Under the pieces are notes generated by a model that was not told the origin of the DNA, ran no database searches, and saw nothing but the letters and a program-made list of their open reading frames with translations. Source: Pseudomonadota bacterium (GTDB lineage Bacteria; Pseudomonadota; Gammaproteobacteria; UBA9214). Taken from it: DNA of 64,000 nt. The DNA is taken from assembly GCA_039714975.1 (NCBI GenBank), contig JBDLIH010000007.1, positions 4,199 through 68,198 of the forward strand, given 5' to 3'. Below, piece by piece: positions 30,031 to 41,607 of the stretch; the first letter of the stretch is position 1; every line of letters starts with the position of its first letter. A program made the translations under genes and the position numbers.

Positions 30031-30995
30031 TATTTAATGAGTGCCGAGCCCCAGGTAAAACCACCACCAAAGGCTTCCAGCAGCAGGGTTTCACCACGTT
30101 TGATGCGACCATCGCGTACCGCAACATCCAGCGCCAGCGGCACCGATGCAGCTGAGGTGTTACCGTGTTCATCCACCGTTACCACCACGTTATCCATGGA
30201 CATCTTCAGCTTGCGGGCAGTCGCCTGGATAATACGGATATTGGCCTGGTGTGGAATCAGCCAGTCAACGTCGGACTTCTCCATTTGATTGGCTGCCAGG
30301 GTTTCATCGACGATGCGGCCCAGGGTATTGACTGCCATCTTGAAGACTTCATTACCCTGCATTTGTACATAGGCCTGCCCGGCTTGCACCTTGTCATAAC
30401 CACTCGATATACCGGCAGGGACAGTCAGCAGATGTTCGTAACTGCCGTCAGCGTGCAAGTGAGTGGAAAGAATACCGGGCTCATCACTGGCCTCAAGGAC
30501 CACGGCACCTGCACCATCACCGAACAGGATACCGGTACTGCGATCATTCCAGTCAACAATACGTGACAGGGTCTCGGCACCCACAACCAGTGCACATTTG
30601 GCGGAGCCGGTTTTAATAAATTTGTCAGCGATCCCGAGAGCATAGACGAACCCCGTGCATACGGCCTGCACATCAAACGCAGCCGTGCCATGAATATCCA
30701 GCCGCTGCTGTAACAGGCAGGCCGTACTTGGAAATACGCGGTCAGGCGTCGTCGTCGCCAGTACAATCAGATCAATCTGCCGGGGAGTACGTCCGGCGGT
30801 CTCCATTGCCCGGGTTGCCGCGATTTCCGCGAGATCGCATGAGGTTTCATCACCGGCGGCGATATGTCGCTTGTAGATACCGGTGCGTTCCCTTATCCAC
30901 TCATCGGTCGTATCCATGATCTTTTCAAGATCATGGTTGGTCAGTACTTTTTCCGGCAAGTAACTGCCGGTACCGGTTATCCGCGAGTATTTCAT
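30027..30995 (-). CDS. fabH: 3-oxoacyl-ACP synthase III
   Basis: KAS III family, with active-site Cys in [11 protein letters not shown]. Confidence 0.9.
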   Translation of the reverse strand: MKYSRITGTGSYLPEKVLTNHDLEKIMDTTDEWIRERTGIYKRHIAAGDETSCDLAEIAATRAMETAGRTPRQIDLIVLATTTPDRVFPSTACLLQQRLDIHGTAAFDVQAVCTGFVYALGIADKFIKTGSAKCALVVGAETLSRIVDWNDRSTGILFGDGAGAVVLEASDEPGILSTHLHADGSYEHLLTVPAGISSGYDKVQAGQAYVQMQGNEVFKMAVNTLGRIVDETLAANQMEKSDVDWLIPHQANIRIIQATARKLKMSMDNVVVTVDEHGNTSAASVPLALDVAVRDGRIKRGETLLLEAFGGGFTWGSALIKY

Positions 30996-32020
30996 ATGGC
31001 TTGCCTGCTTTCTTCGTAGGACTGCAACTGGGTCGAAATACGTTCAGGTACATTTTCACGGACCTGAAGAATGGCAACCTTGATAGCATTTGCAAAGGCA
31101 AAGGCATCCGCGCCACCATGGCTCTTGATAACAATGCCACGCAAACCGAGCAGACTGGCACCATTGTATGCACGCGGATCAATGCGGCGACGAAACGCCT
31201 TGAGTACCGGCATGGCGATCAATGCGGCAAGTTTGGTAAAAACATTACGCCTGAATTCCTGCCTGATAAATTCAGCGATCATCTTGGCGACACCTTCACT
31301 GGTCTTCAGCGAAATGTTGCCGACAAAGCCGTCACAGACAATGACGTCGAAACCGCCCTTGTAGATATCATCACCCTCGGCATAACCCGCATAATCCGGC
31401 ATGCCCGCGCTGAGTAATTGTGCCGCTTCCTTGACCTGCTCGTTTCCCTTGATTTCTTCCTCGCCGATGTTCAGCAGACCAATACGTGGATGCCTGTTTC
31501 CGTCTACCGCAGCGGCCAGTACGGACCCCATCAGGGAAAACTGGAACAGGTGTTCAGCGTTGCAATCAACATTGGCACCAAGATCAAGCATCCAGGTGTG
31601 CCCGGTCAGGGAAGGCAAGGATGTACAAATCGCCGGCCGGTCGATGCCGGGAAGCATTTTCAGTACAAAACGGGATGTCGCCATTAACGCACCGGTATTG
31701 CCGGCGCTGACACAGGCATTCGCCACCCCGTCTTTCACCAGGTTAAGCGCAACCCGCATGGATGAATCCTTCTTGTTGCGCATGGCTAAAGAGGCCAACT
31801 CATCCATCTCTACCTTCTGGCTGGCATGATGAATTTTCAGGCGTGGATTGTCGGCTGCACCGGCCGCGGTGATAGCCGGTTTCAGCTTTGCTTCATCACC
31901 AACAAGAATGATCTGAACATCCGGGTGCTGGTTGGCGGCCGTGATGGCCGCAGGCACGACAACATCCAGACCGGCATCACCGCCCATTGCATCGAGCGCA
32001 ATCGATATTTCATTACTCAT
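30992..32020 (-). CDS. plsX: Phosphate acyltransferase PlsX
   Basis: PlsX family. Position upstream of fabH and downstream of rpmF. Confidence 0.9.
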   Translation of the reverse strand: MSNEISIALDAMGGDAGLDVVVPAAITAANQHPDVQIILVGDEAKLKPAITAAGAADNPRLKIHHASQKVEMDELASLAMRNKKDSSMRVALNLVKDGVANACVSAGNTGALMATSRFVLKMLPGIDRPAICTSLPSLTGHTWMLDLGANVDCNAEHLFQFSLMGSVLAAAVDGNRHPRIGLLNIGEEEIKGNEQVKEAAQLLSAGMPDYAGYAEGDDIYKGGFDVIVCDGFVGNISLKTSEGVAKMIAEFIRQEFRRNVFTKLAALIAMPVLKAFRRRIDPRAYNGASLLGLRGIVIKSHGGADAFAFANAIKVAILQVRENVPERISTQLQSYEESRQAI

Positions 32021-32135
32021 GATGTGAGCGGCAGATGTAGATAGACAAGGGCCTGATTATTCAGGCGTCACAAGACATGTGATAACCGACGATTGAAACC
32101 GGGTACATTCACAGTCCGTATTAAAAGGCCGGTAA

Positions 32136-32315
32136 CTAGTCCTGGTCTTTATTGATGACCTTGCGACCCTTGTAAAACCCGTCAGCACTGACATGATGAC
32201 GCAGGTGCGTTTCACCCGTTGTCGGTTCAATCGACAGAGTGCTGCCAGTCAGCTTGTCATGCGAGCGGCGCATGCCACGACGTGATGGCGTTTTGCGACT
32301 TTTCTGTACGGCCAT
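32136..32315 (-). CDS. rpmF: 50S ribosomal protein L32. Missing from the ORF track because it is 59 aa, below the cutoff
   Basis: Translation [59 protein letters not shown], in the conserved position between yceD and plsX. Confidence 0.9.
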   Translation of the reverse strand: MAVQKSRKTPSRRGMRRSHDKLTGSTLSIEPTTGETHLRHHVSADGFYKGRKVINKDQD

Positions 32316-32331
32316 GTTGATAACTCCTAAA

Positions 32332-32844
32332 CTACTGTTTCAATTTCAGTCCCGCCAGGACAGCAAACGGGTTCTCGCGTTGCTCGTTCACCGGCGGCGC
32401 ATGTTCTTTAACAAATTCCTGGCAATCCAGCCCGTCCTTGTGGGTTGGCACGATGGGTAACGCCAGCAACACTTCATCTGCAATCACGTCGGCCATGTGT
32501 GCAGGTTCCGCCGTTACTACCAATGGCTCATACCACTCAGGAAGCGCATTTGCTGCAACATCACTGGACACCAGGCCAAGGCGGCATGTCAGATCCAGCG
32601 GCAAAGTCATTTTGCCCAGACAACGCTGACATTTCAGTGCCACTTCGCCCCGGATGGACCCGGTCAGATAACGCGTGCCATCCGGGTCCTTACCCAGTTC
32701 CATCTCGACCTGTAACTCGCCCGCATCAGAAATCAATGCCGGCACTAACCGTTCAAGATTGCTTATGGCTATGCGGCCCCGCAGCAGACGCCCTGCCTCG
32801 GCCGTAGCGATCAGATCGAGTCGATCTGGCAGGTGGTTTATCAT
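32332..32844 (-). CDS. yceD: Large-subunit rRNA accumulation protein YceD (DUF177)
   Basis: CQRCLGKM...C zinc-ribbon-like motif. Synteny with rpmF. Confidence 0.85.
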   Translation of the reverse strand: MINHLPDRLDLIATAEAGRLLRGRIAISNLERLVPALISDAGELQVEMELGKDPDGTRYLTGSIRGEVALKCQRCLGKMTLPLDLTCRLGLVSSDVAANALPEWYEPLVVTAEPAHMADVIADEVLLALPIVPTHKDGLDCQEFVKEHAPPVNEQRENPFAVLAGLKLKQ

Positions 32845-32947
32845 AACCCGCGAATATTATCTGCTGACATTATTACTGTCAATCTGAATATACCTGTGAA
32901 AACCCATACATCTTGCTAGAATTCAGTCACTTATTCTGCCTGACCCC

Positions 32948-33532
32948 ATGAACATGACACATACAGTCACACTTGCCTCAACCTCGCCATTTCGCAAGGA
33001 ACTGCTGCAGCGACTGGGTATCCCGTTCGTAACAGCCGCACCGGATGTCGACGAAACGCCGCAGACCAACGAAACAGCAGAAGCCCTGGTACGTCGCCTG
33101 TCAGAAGACAAGGCGCGTGCAATAGCCGCAAACCACCGGGGGCTCATTATCGGTTCCGACCAGGTCGCGACCACGGGTAACAATATTCTTGGAAAACCCG
33201 GTACGCATGAACGGGCATTTGAACAGCTACGGAATCTCTCGGGAAAACGCGTCACCTTTCAGACAGGCCTGTGCTTGCTGAACAGCGACACCGATGAGGC
33301 ACAGGTGGATGTCATCCCCTTTATAGTGAAATTCAGACAGCTCAAAGACGAGCAGATAGATCGTTACCTGCAGCAGGAACAACCCTATAATTGTGCTGGC
33401 AGCTTCAAGTCAGAGGGGCTGGGTATCACCTTGTTTGAGTATATGGAGGGTACCGACCCCACCGCGCTGGTTGGCCTGCCTCTGATCCGGCTGACCGGTA
33501 TGCTGGCACGGGCCGGGATTGTCCTGCCGTAG
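32948..33532 (+). CDS. Maf-like nucleoside triphosphate pyrophosphatase
   Basis: [19 protein letters not shown] Maf signature. Confidence 0.85.
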   Translation: MNMTHTVTLASTSPFRKELLQRLGIPFVTAAPDVDETPQTNETAEALVRRLSEDKARAIAANHRGLIIGSDQVATTGNNILGKPGTHERAFEQLRNLSGKRVTFQTGLCLLNSDTDEAQVDVIPFIVKFRQLKDEQIDRYLQQEQPYNCAGSFKSEGLGITLFEYMEGTDPTALVGLPLIRLTGMLARAGIVLP

Positions 33533-33561
33533 CCCCCTTGCAGGAGATGGTATCACCTTGC

Positions 33562-34539
33562 CTACCGTACCGAGCCAACACCATTGGCGAATAGCTCGCT
33601 CATTCCCTTGGCCATTGCCACGCCGATACGGTCGCTGAGCCGCTTGAAGAAATCCGGCTTCTCGGTAAATTCGACAATGTCCTCAACACCGATAACTTCA
33701 CGCGCCACGTAACTGCTACTGCCGATTTCATCCGCAAGCCCCATCGGGATGCCTTCTTCTCCTGTCCACACCAGCCCGGTAAACAGGCTCTCGTTATCTT
33801 TCAGGCGGTCACCCCGCCCCTCTTTCACTGCGCTGATAAATTGCTGATGGATACTATCGAGCAATAACTTCACGTGCTCGACATCGGCAGATTTTGAAGG
33901 TGTAAACGGGTCCAGGAATCCCTTGCTCTTGCCTGCCGTGTACAGACGCCGCTCGACGCCGAGTTTTTCCATGCTGTCGACAAAGCCAAAACTGTCCATA
34001 CGTACACCGATAGAACCTATAATACTGGACTCATCCACATATATATCGTCGGCCGCAGATGCCACGTAGTAGCAGCCGGAGGCACACATATCCGTTACCA
34101 CCGCATACATCGGTGTATCCGGATGCAACTCCCGGAGCCGCTTGATCTCCTTGTAGATATAACCGGACTGTACCGGGCTGCCACCGGGCGAATTTGCCCG
34201 CAGGATGACGCCTGCTGTCTTTTCATCTTCAAAGGCTTTACGCAGTCCTTTTATCACGGTGTCGGCACTGGCCTCGGACGAATCTGAAATAACACCCCTC
34301 AGATCTACCAGCGCCGTATGTTTATCAGCCACCTTGCCCAACTCATCCCAGTCAGTTGGCATATACAGAATCAACAGCGCCAGCAGGTAACAGGCCAGTA
34401 ATACTTTAAAGAAGATATTCCAGCGCCGGGTACGTCGCTGCTCATCAACCGCAGCAAAGGCAAGCCGGTTAATAACATCCCGATTCCACTCGTCACTGCC
34501 CATTTCTGCCTTGCTGCTTTCTGATTCCTTGCCAAACAT
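33562..34539 (-). CDS. sppA: Signal peptide peptidase SppA (S49, 36K type)
   Basis: S49 family. Start refined to MFGKESESS, which has an AGGTGA RBS. The track ORF extends 32 aa upstream. Confidence 0.8.
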   Translation of the reverse strand: MFGKESESSKAEMGSDEWNRDVINRLAFAAVDEQRRTRRWNIFFKVLLACYLLALLILYMPTDWDELGKVADKHTALVDLRGVISDSSEASADTVIKGLRKAFEDEKTAGVILRANSPGGSPVQSGYIYKEIKRLRELHPDTPMYAVVTDMCASGCYYVASAADDIYVDESSIIGSIGVRMDSFGFVDSMEKLGVERRLYTAGKSKGFLDPFTPSKSADVEHVKLLLDSIHQQFISAVKEGRGDRLKDNESLFTGLVWTGEEGIPMGLADEIGSSSYVAREVIGVEDIVEFTEKPDFFKRLSDRIGVAMAKGMSELFANGVGSVR

Positions 34540-34565
34540 CTTGTCACCTGTTGTATGTAATGAAA

Positions 34566-35273
34566 TTACTCGCAAACATCTATGAGACCCGCCTCTGCCA
34601 GCCACATCGGCATATCGATGAGCTGCTCCAGGCATACCAGGGGCGCATGCCGATTCAAACGCTCTTCCGAATGCACGCCGGTTCGCACCGCAATCTTGGC
34701 AGCACCGGCATTGGTTGCCATCTCCATGTCATACTCGGTATCGCCAACCATCAGGGTTTCCTTAGGCAATACATTCAACTTCGCCATTATATCCAGCAGC
34801 ATTTGAGGGTGCGGCTTGGATGGTGCCTCATCGGCACAGCGCGTCGCATGGAAACAGGACGCAAGATCGGTCTCACCCAGTACCCGCTCCAGTCCACGAC
34901 GCGCTTTCCCGGTTGCGACCCCCAGTAACAGATCCTGCTGTATCAGGGTATTCAGCACGTCACGCACCCCCTCGAACAACACCGAGGCTTCAGACTGGAA
35001 CCAGTACTTTCTGTAATGATCCACAAACGCCCGGTGAAACCGCTCGTCGCGTCCGGGCACCAGCGTATCAATCGCCTCACGCAGTCCCAGCCCGATGACA
35101 TTCTTGACCGTTTCATCATCCATCGGTTCCAGGCCCAGGTCGGCGATCGCCGCATGCAGGCAGGCCACGATTTGTGCCTCGGAGTCCATCAAGGTGCCAT
35201 CCCAGTCAAATACAATGAGTTTGATCTTTTCGGTCATGGTTTGTGCGGATAAAGTCGGGTAATTTTTGTGCAA
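34566..35273 (-). CDS. HAD-superfamily phosphatase (phosphoglycolate-phosphatase-like)
   Basis: LIVFDWDGTLMDS motif I and GDTEYD motif IV. Confidence 0.8.
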   Translation of the reverse strand: MHKNYPTLSAQTMTEKIKLIVFDWDGTLMDSEAQIVACLHAAIADLGLEPMDDETVKNVIGLGLREAIDTLVPGRDERFHRAFVDHYRKYWFQSEASVLFEGVRDVLNTLIQQDLLLGVATGKARRGLERVLGETDLASCFHATRCADEAPSKPHPQMLLDIMAKLNVLPKETLMVGDTEYDMEMATNAGAAKIAVRTGVHSEERLNRHAPLVCLEQLIDMPMWLAEAGLIDVCE

Positions 35274-35279
35274 GGCAGA

Positions 35280-36230
35280 TTACGTCAACTCAAGCTGGTC
35301 TAATACAGCCTTCAACCCGTCATCCAGCGGCGCACTCACGGTTATCTTTTCACCACTGGCTGTATCCGTAAATTCAATGTAATGCGCGTGCAGCAGCATA
35401 CGACGCAACCCCAGTCGTTTCATAGCAAGATTAAAGGCCGGGTCACCGTATTTTTCATCGCCGGCCAGCGGATGGCCAATATGTGTGCCATGAACACGGA
35501 TCTGGTGTGTCCTGCCTGTTTTCAATTCAACCTCGACCAGTGTTGCCTCACGGAAACAGGTCACAGGCTTGAAGATACTGATCGCTTCCTTGCCCGATTC
35601 ATCCACGGTAACCATGCGTTCCCCACCGCGCAGCAGATTCTTGCGCAGGGGCACCGTCACCGTTTGCCTGCCGCCTTCCCAGGTCCCGGACACCAGTGCC
35701 AGGTAGTGTTTCACCACCTCACCCTGCCGCAGTTGTTCCTGAAATGCACGCAGGAAGCTGCGACGTTTTGCCAGTACCAGGCAGCCAGAGGTACCCCGAT
35801 CAAGGCGATGTGCCAGTTCCAGATAGGGAGCCTGTGGTCGCCCGGCCCGCATGGCCTCAATGACGCCATAGCTCAGGCCGCTGCCACCGTGGACAGCGAT
35901 GCCGGACGGCTTGTTGAGAACCAGGCAACGACTATTCTCATAAAGAATGCGGTCCTCGAGGCTGAGTCCGGGTCTGACCTTGCCAGGAGTGGACGCCGAC
36001 ACCCTGACCGGCGGAATTCGCACCGTATCACCCGCGCATACCTTATATTGGGCACGTTTGCGGCCACTGTTCACTCGCACTTCACCGCGCCTGATGATGC
36101 GGTAGATGTGACTCTTGGGAACGCCCTTCAGGTAGCGCGCCAAGAAATTGTCGATACGCTGACCGGCCTCCTCCTCGGTCACATTTACCTGACGCACCTT
36201 GGGGAAGCTATATGCCGGCTCCTGACTCAT
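35280..36230 (-). CDS. rluC: 23S rRNA pseudouridine synthase RluC
   Basis: S4 domain plus HRLDRGTSGCLVLAK catalytic motif. Divergent from rne, as in other gammaproteobacteria. Confidence 0.85.
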   Translation of the reverse strand: MSQEPAYSFPKVRQVNVTEEEAGQRIDNFLARYLKGVPKSHIYRIIRRGEVRVNSGRKRAQYKVCAGDTVRIPPVRVSASTPGKVRPGLSLEDRILYENSRCLVLNKPSGIAVHGGSGLSYGVIEAMRAGRPQAPYLELAHRLDRGTSGCLVLAKRRSFLRAFQEQLRQGEVVKHYLALVSGTWEGGRQTVTVPLRKNLLRGGERMVTVDESGKEAISIFKPVTCFREATLVEVELKTGRTHQIRVHGTHIGHPLAGDEKYGDPAFNLAMKRLGLRRMLLHAHYIEFTDTASGEKITVSAPLDDGLKAVLDQLELT

Positions 36231-36655
36231 CGACTCGCTATCTACCTGAAAACGGGTAAGGAATTGTACAGGGTTTACAGCAGAGGTATTACCTCCTTTG
36301 TTTGCGGGTATAGAGCAGGGTTGCTATAGTCCCCCTCACGGTTTGACCTTAATCGGACGTTCTGCGTCTGCATGTCAACCCGAAGACACCAAATTTATAC
36401 TGGGGATGTTGGCAGCTGCATAAAGCCGATAATCTCCTTGATGTGCAGCAACGTGCTGTTATAAATAAAACCAGACCAGATAAACAACCAACGCCCCCAT
36501 GATTCGCGTACAGCATCATATGCCAGCTCTTATTACCTGCCTGCTATGGCTGATGGGTGTAAAACCCGCGCCCCGCCGGCAACACGGTCCGTCATGGACA
36601 CGTCAGGCAATATGCGCTGTGCGTCATCAGGTCGAGCGTATGAGAGAAATAAAAC
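36231..36655 (+). promoter_or_regulatory. Long rne 5' leader (about 425 nt), expected site of RNase E autoregulation
   Basis: No credible ORF. Position matches the known long structured rne 5'UTR. Confidence 0.5.
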
Positions 36656-39124
36656 ATGAAAAGAATGTTAATCAATACCACGCAGCCCGAAGAGCTGCGT
36701 GTGGCCATGGTCGATGGCCAGAAGCTCTACGATCTTGATATCGAGGTACCCTCACGCGGTCAGAAAAAGTCCAACGTATATAAAGGTAAAATCACACGCA
36801 TCGAGCCCAGCCTCGAAGCGGCCTTCATTGACTACGGTGGCAATCGTCATGGCTTCCTGCCATTAAAGGAAATCGCGCGCAGCTATTTCAGCGAATCCGC
36901 CAAACAGGGCGGCGGCCGCCTCAGTATCAAGGATGCCCTCACCGAAGGCCAGGAACTGGTCGTACAGGTAGAGAAAGAAGAACGCGGCAACAAGGGTGCC
37001 GCCCTCACCACCTTTATCAGCCTTGCCGGACGTTACCTGGTTCTGATGCCCAACAATCCGCGTGCCGGCGGGGTCTCCCGGCGGATACAGGGCGAAGACC
37101 GCAACCTTGTACGCGATGCCATGAGCAGCATGAACATACCCGACGGTATGGGCATGATTGTCCGCACAGCCGGCATTGGCCGCAGCAGTGAAGAATTACA
37201 GTGGGACCTGGATTATCTGACGCACCTGTGGAGCGTCATCAAGGAGGCCTCGGATGAACGCCCCGCTCCGTTCCTGGTTTACCAGGAAAGTAATGTCATA
37301 ATCCGGGCACTGCGTGACTACCTGCGCCCGGATGTCTCGGAAATCCTGATTGACAGCCAGGAGGTGTTTGAAACAGCACGTGAGTTCATGGAGCGCGTCA
37401 TGCCCCACAACCTGGGGAAACTGAAGCTCTATCAGGACACCATTCCGCTGTTCAACCGCTTCCAGATTGAATCACAAATCGAGTCTGCCTTTCAGCGGGA
37501 AGTCACACTGCCTTCCGGTGGTGCCATCGTCATTGACCACACCGAGGCAATGATTTCTATCGACATCAACTCTGCACGGGCAACCAAGGGCAGCGATATT
37601 GAAGAAACCGCGCTGAATACCAACCTGGAAGCCGCTGATGAAATTGCCCGGCAACTGCGCATTCGTGACCTGGGCGGGCTGGTCGTCATTGACTTCATTG
37701 ACATGCAGCCGGCCCGCAACCAGCGTGAAGTTGAAAACCGCCTGCGTGATGCACTCAAGATGGACCGCGCACGCGTCCAGATCGGCCGCATATCCCGCTT
37801 CGGTCTGCTGGAAATGTCACGTCAGCGTCTGCGACCTTCCCTGGGCGAATCCAGTCAGATTGTCTGTCCGCGCTGCATCGGTCAGGGCACCATCCGTGGT
37901 GTCGAATCCCTGTCATTATCGGTGCTGAGAATCATTGAGGAAGAAGTCATGAAGGACAATACCCTGCGGGTTGTCGCTCATGTCCCGGTCGATGTCGGCA
38001 CCTACCTGCTGAACGAGAAGCGCGAATTGCTTGTGGGCCTTGAGGCGCGCCACAAGATTGCCGTCATGCTGATCCCGTCCCCGGCACTGGAAACCCCTAA
38101 TTACGATGTGCAGCGTATACGTAAGGACGAATCAGCCACCGCACAATCCACCCCGAGTTACCACATGGCGAAAGCACCCGCCGAACCGGAGCTACCGATC
38201 GCAACATCCATGGAAACAGTTAGCGCCGAAGTACCGGCAGTCAAGTCTGTCAAACCGACCGCGCCCGCTCCTGCACCATCACCGGCACCTGCACGCGATA
38301 AAAAGGCTGCCAAGGCCTCAAAACCCGGCCTGTTTAAACGCCTGTTTGCCAGCCTCTTCGGTTCCGCCGAGGAAGCGCCAAAACCTGCGCCCGGCAAAAC
38401 AGGGCAACAGCGCAGCAGCCAGCAAGATCGGAGGCGCGGAGGCAACCGGAGCAGACAGCAGCCACAGGGTAACCGTCGCAGGCCGCAGCCTCAGGACAGC
38501 CGCCGCAAGCCGCAGCCTCAGGGCAGCCGCCGCAAGCCACAGCCTCAGGGCAACCACCCGTCATCAGGACAAAACGCCAGCCAGCGACAAGCGGCCGACA
38601 ACCGTAAACAGCCGCGCCCGGCGCAAAAGCCGGAGGCCGAAAAGCAGGCTGCATCAACGCAGGCATCCTCGACCACGCAAGCCGAGCAACCGACACCCTC
38701 AGGTGACACTACAAGCCCGCAACAACGGCGGGGATCACGACGTGGCCGCCGTGGTGGCAGGCGGCGTTCATCCAGTCAGAACAGGAATGCCAGCGACCAA
38801 AAGGCAGCAGCAACTGAAAACACAACGACTGGTAGTACAAATACCGAGAGTTCGGGCCAATCCCGGCCAGCTGCTGACAGGAATCAGCCACGGGACAGCA
38901 GCAGTACTCCACCACAAGACAGTCAGAACAAGGCCAGTGTTCCGCAGCAAACTGCAGTCAGTACAGCAACGGATTCCAGGCCAAAGGTACCCGCAGCACC
39001 GTCGACACCCGATGAAAACAAGGCCGCGCCCAAGGCACCCACAGCACTATCGACAACAGATGGAAACAAGGCATCGCCTGCGGCAGATACTGCGCCCAAA
39101 CAGGAAAAGATCGCCTCGGAATAA
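36656..39124 (+). CDS. rne: Ribonuclease E
   Basis: [31 protein letters not shown]-terminal catalytic domain. Arg/Pro-rich repetitive C-terminal scaffold. Confidence 0.95.
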   Translation: MKRMLINTTQPEELRVAMVDGQKLYDLDIEVPSRGQKKSNVYKGKITRIEPSLEAAFIDYGGNRHGFLPLKEIARSYFSESAKQGGGRLSIKDALTEGQELVVQVEKEERGNKGAALTTFISLAGRYLVLMPNNPRAGGVSRRIQGEDRNLVRDAMSSMNIPDGMGMIVRTAGIGRSSEELQWDLDYLTHLWSVIKEASDERPAPFLVYQESNVIIRALRDYLRPDVSEILIDSQEVFETAREFMERVMPHNLGKLKLYQDTIPLFNRFQIESQIESAFQREVTLPSGGAIVIDHTEAMISIDINSARATKGSDIEETALNTNLEAADEIARQLRIRDLGGLVVIDFIDMQPARNQREVENRLRDALKMDRARVQIGRISRFGLLEMSRQRLRPSLGESSQIVCPRCIGQGTIRGVESLSLSVLRIIEEEVMKDNTLRVVAHVPVDVGTYLLNEKRELLVGLEARHKIAVMLIPSPALETPNYDVQRIRKDESATAQSTPSYHMAKAPAEPELPIATSMETVSAEVPAVKSVKPTAPAPAPSPAPARDKKAAKASKPGLFKRLFASLFGSAEEAPKPAPGKTGQQRSSQQDRRRGGNRSRQQPQGNRRRPQPQDSRRKPQPQGSRRKPQPQGNHPSSGQNASQRQAADNRKQPRPAQKPEAEKQAASTQASSTTQAEQPTPSGDTTSPQQRRGSRRGRRGGRRRSSSQNRNASDQKAAATENTTTGSTNTESSGQSRPAADRNQPRDSSSTPPQDSQNKASVPQQTAVSTATDSRPKVPAAPSTPDENKAAPKAPTALSTTDGNKASPAADTAPKQEKIASE
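38474..38563 (+). repeat. Three tandem roughly 30-bp repeats encoding RRxPQPQ(D/G)S within the rne C-terminal scaffold
   Basis: ccgcaggccgcagcctcagg / ccgcaagccgcagcctcagg / ccgcaagccacagcctcagg. In-frame Arg-rich RNA-binding-like segments. Confidence 0.7.
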
Positions 39125-39132
39125 GATTACGG

Positions 39133-39624
39133 CTACAGTCGGTGCTGCCGGCGAATTTCTGCCAGCAGCCCGGCTGATGCCTCTTCAATCAAGTCCAGTA
39201 CACGCTCAAACCCGGTAGTGCCCCCATAGTAAGGGTCCGGTACTTCATTCGTCTCCTGATCAGCTGCAAACTCCATAAACAGGCGCAGCTTCGCTTCGTG
39301 TTCTGGCGGGCAGCTGGAAGCAAGGTCCCCGAAATTGCTGCTGTCCATGGCAATGACATAATCAAATTCATGGAAATCATCGGGGCCGACACGACGCGCC
39401 TGTTGTGAACTTAAATCAACGCCGCGCTTCAATGCAGCAGCAGACGCGCGCTCATCCGGGCTCTCACCTATATGGTAGGCATGTGTCCCCGCAGAATCTA
39501 TCTGTATGAGGTCCGCAAGGTCATTGTCCGCAACCAACCGTTCGAAAACACCTTGGGCTGTGGGTGATCGGCAGATATTGCCCATGCATACAAATAACAC
39601 CGAAATCGTTGAATTGTTTATCAT
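39133..39624 (-). CDS. ptpA: Low-molecular-weight protein tyrosine phosphatase
   Basis: CMGNICRSP P-loop and DPYY motif. Confidence 0.9.
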   Translation of the reverse strand: MINNSTISVLFVCMGNICRSPTAQGVFERLVADNDLADLIQIDSAGTHAYHIGESPDERASAAALKRGVDLSSQQARRVGPDDFHEFDYVIAMDSSNFGDLASSCPPEHEAKLRLFMEFAADQETNEVPDPYYGGTTGFERVLDLIEEASAGLLAEIRRQHRL

Positions 39625-40016
39625 AACGGTTTGATTTTAATACATTGCAAGGTTCTGTCAGACTGGCTATAGTTTGCCCTGATTGCTCGCACAAGTGTAT
39701 CTATATGTGTAGCTGACAGGCAAACTGACTGCAGCAAAAGTTCGCACTTTCAAGGCAACAGACAAAGACCAGTGGCTAAATGATGGCGATGGTTAAGCCA
39801 GTTTCCACAGATTACCTTTGATGACAGAAGTGGGCGCGACTTACAGCGCCGTTACCGGATACAGATCACCCGCAAATATACACTGTGAGATTGGCCGCAT
39901 ACCCCTCGCTTAACCGGCTGGACCTGGCTCTGCTGTGCGCTAATCTTCTGACAGTGCGCGGCTGTAAGTATTTAATTTACTTTTGTTTACTTTGAAATCC
40001 CGCATAGAAGTGCATA

Positions 40017-40208
40017 ATGAACAACATGAAAACCCTTGTCATAGCTATGGTCTTTATGGCGGTGATTTACCTGGCCGGGATAATTTCCAATTCAAATTCT
40101 GCCATGCAACTGGCCGCAGTCATGTTATGTGGATTAGTCATTGTCTGGTATGCCTTGAGAGCTATTTGCTGCGCATGCAAGACCAGAGACAAATCTACTT
40201 CCCGGTAA
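40017..40208 (+). CDS. Putative small two-TM membrane protein (63 aa)
   Basis: Two hydrophobic helices, Cys-rich tail. Weak RBS. Confidence 0.3.
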   Translation: MNNMKTLVIAMVFMAVIYLAGIISNSNSAMQLAAVMLCGLVIVWYALRAICCACKTRDKSTSR

Positions 40209-40494
40209 TCAGCCACAGGCCTCCTTTGACAGCCTGCCACTCCCCGTCCTGGTGACAGGACTTTCTTTGTCCGTCTGTACCTCAGGACAATAGGCAGACC
40301 GGGAATTATGCCATATCGTATTAACCAGTGGCGCAGCTAATAACTCCAAATTCGCCACTAATACGTCCCGGGTCAATCCGTCTCGGGGCGTATTTTTCCA
40401 TGCATAAACAAAAACACTGACCAACGAATGAACGCAGGCCACCTTGAGGAAAGATAAATACTATCTATATGACCAGCTCTCTGGCCCTTTCCGG

Positions 40495-40590
40495 TCATTC
40501 GTCAAAAAGATAAATAATAACTGCCATAAGCATTACCATTAAGATTATGGCAACATCCTCCCATCGATACGATGGCCTGTGATTGCTCAT
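40495..40590 (-). CDS. Unannotated small hydrophobic peptide (31 aa) MSNHRPSYRWEDVAIILMVMLMAVIIYLFDE
   Basis: ATG with an AGGAAG RBS, single TM helix, downstream of the orphan receiver on the same strand. Confidence 0.3.
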   Translation of the reverse strand: MSNHRPSYRWEDVAIILMVMLMAVIIYLFDE

Positions 40591-40611
40591 ATGTCACTTC
40601 CTGTGCCGGTG

Positions 40612-40710
40612 TTAGAATCCGGCCTTATCAATGATGAGAATAGCTGGCGGGATTAAGGCCGCCAAGAGTATCAGTGCACCGCATATAGAGGCATAGATTG
40701 TTCGTATCAT
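40612..40710 (-). CDS. Unannotated small hydrophobic peptide (32 aa) MIRTIYASICGALILLAALIPPAILIIDKAGF
   Basis: ATG with a GGGGG RBS, single TM helix, tandem with the preceding peptide. Confidence 0.3.
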   Translation of the reverse strand: MIRTIYASICGALILLAALIPPAILIIDKAGF

Positions 40711-40794
40711 AGAAGCCCCCGATCTGTAGACAGAAGAAAATCTTTTATGCAGGCTTTTGACAGTATTGCCAGCCTGACCTGGCACCGCCCTGAA

Positions 40795-41178
40795 TCAGTG
40801 GCGTGCTCCCCTGGCCATTGCCCCCTCGACCAATGCCAGTATGTCCTCCAAACAGGAGTCGTCTCCCTTTGAAATAAAGAAGTCCGCCCCGTCACGAAAG
40901 GCTTGCTGACGATACTCCGGCAGATTGTTGGCAGAGAGAATAACGACCACAATATCACCGTACACCCGCTTTATCTCTTTTGTTACGTCCAGTCCGTTTT
41001 CTCCAGGCAACTGAATGTCTATGAAGATAATATTCGGACGCAGGTATTCCACTTTATTCAGTGCTTCCACCCCGTCGCCCACTTCCTCGACGCCAATCAA
41101 CGGGAAGTACGAAAGCAATACGTCCGAGAGTGCTTGTCTGAAGCTGACATTATCCTCAACAAGCAGGGTATTGAACAT
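40795..41178 (-). CDS. Orphan single-domain response regulator (CheY-like receiver)
   Basis: Start refined to MFNTLLVEDN (GGAGG RBS). Conserved receiver Asp/Lys pattern (IFIDIQLPGENG, ...ILSANN..., K in FFISKG). Confidence 0.75.
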   Translation of the reverse strand: MFNTLLVEDNVSFRQALSDVLLSYFPLIGVEEVGDGVEALNKVEYLRPNIIFIDIQLPGENGLDVTKEIKRVYGDIVVVILSANNLPEYRQQAFRDGADFFISKGDDSCLEDILALVEGAMARGARH

Positions 41179-41581
41179 TGATGTATCCTCCGCGGAGCCT
41201 GGCCCGTGTTTTTTTTTCATTTGTTCACATAATTTCCTAATGAAATTATTGCCGGTTTTCCGGCAGGTAAGCACCCCATATTTTTCCATGTACCTGCGTC
41301 CTTGCGATTGCCGGTACCCCCGATACCGTCGCGGTGAATGTTGAGATGTTTCCTTGCCATTGAAAAAAGACCTGCATTCATCGCTCATCGTAGCCCTGGC
41401 AGCATCATAAATAGTCAAGTGCATATCCTGTGCCATTCTGCTCAAGGCGGGGAAAGTCCTGCAGTTTGAAGCGGTAACGGGATTTGAGCCGAGTGCTAAC
41501 ATGATCGGGACCGTATATTCTGTCGCCGTTGCCCGACGGTTAATCCGCAGCGTTAGCTATCTAGCTGATTGGAACAGAAAT

Positions 41582-41607
41582 CTTGTGTCGCCTTATAGCG
41601 ACACAAG
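41582..41607. repeat. Perfect 10-bp inverted repeat CTTGTGTCGC-cttata-GCGACACAAG in a 700-bp noncoding region
   Basis: Read directly from the sequence. Strong hairpin, or a dimeric-protein operator. Confidence 0.5.

Noticed and set aside
36499-36738. 79-aa ORF within the rne leader and start
   Set aside because: Overlaps the rne start in another frame. The region is better explained as the rne 5'UTR.
38474-38563. Direct repeats that could be mistaken for a CRISPR array
   Set aside because: Only three contiguous 30-bp repeats without spacers, in-frame inside rne. No cas genes in the window.
38106-39218. 370-aa alternative-frame ORF and antisense ORFs over the rne 3' half
   Set aside because: Arise from the repetitive Arg/Pro/Gln-coding GC-rich scaffold region of rne. 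The rne frame is continuous from a canonical catalytic domain.
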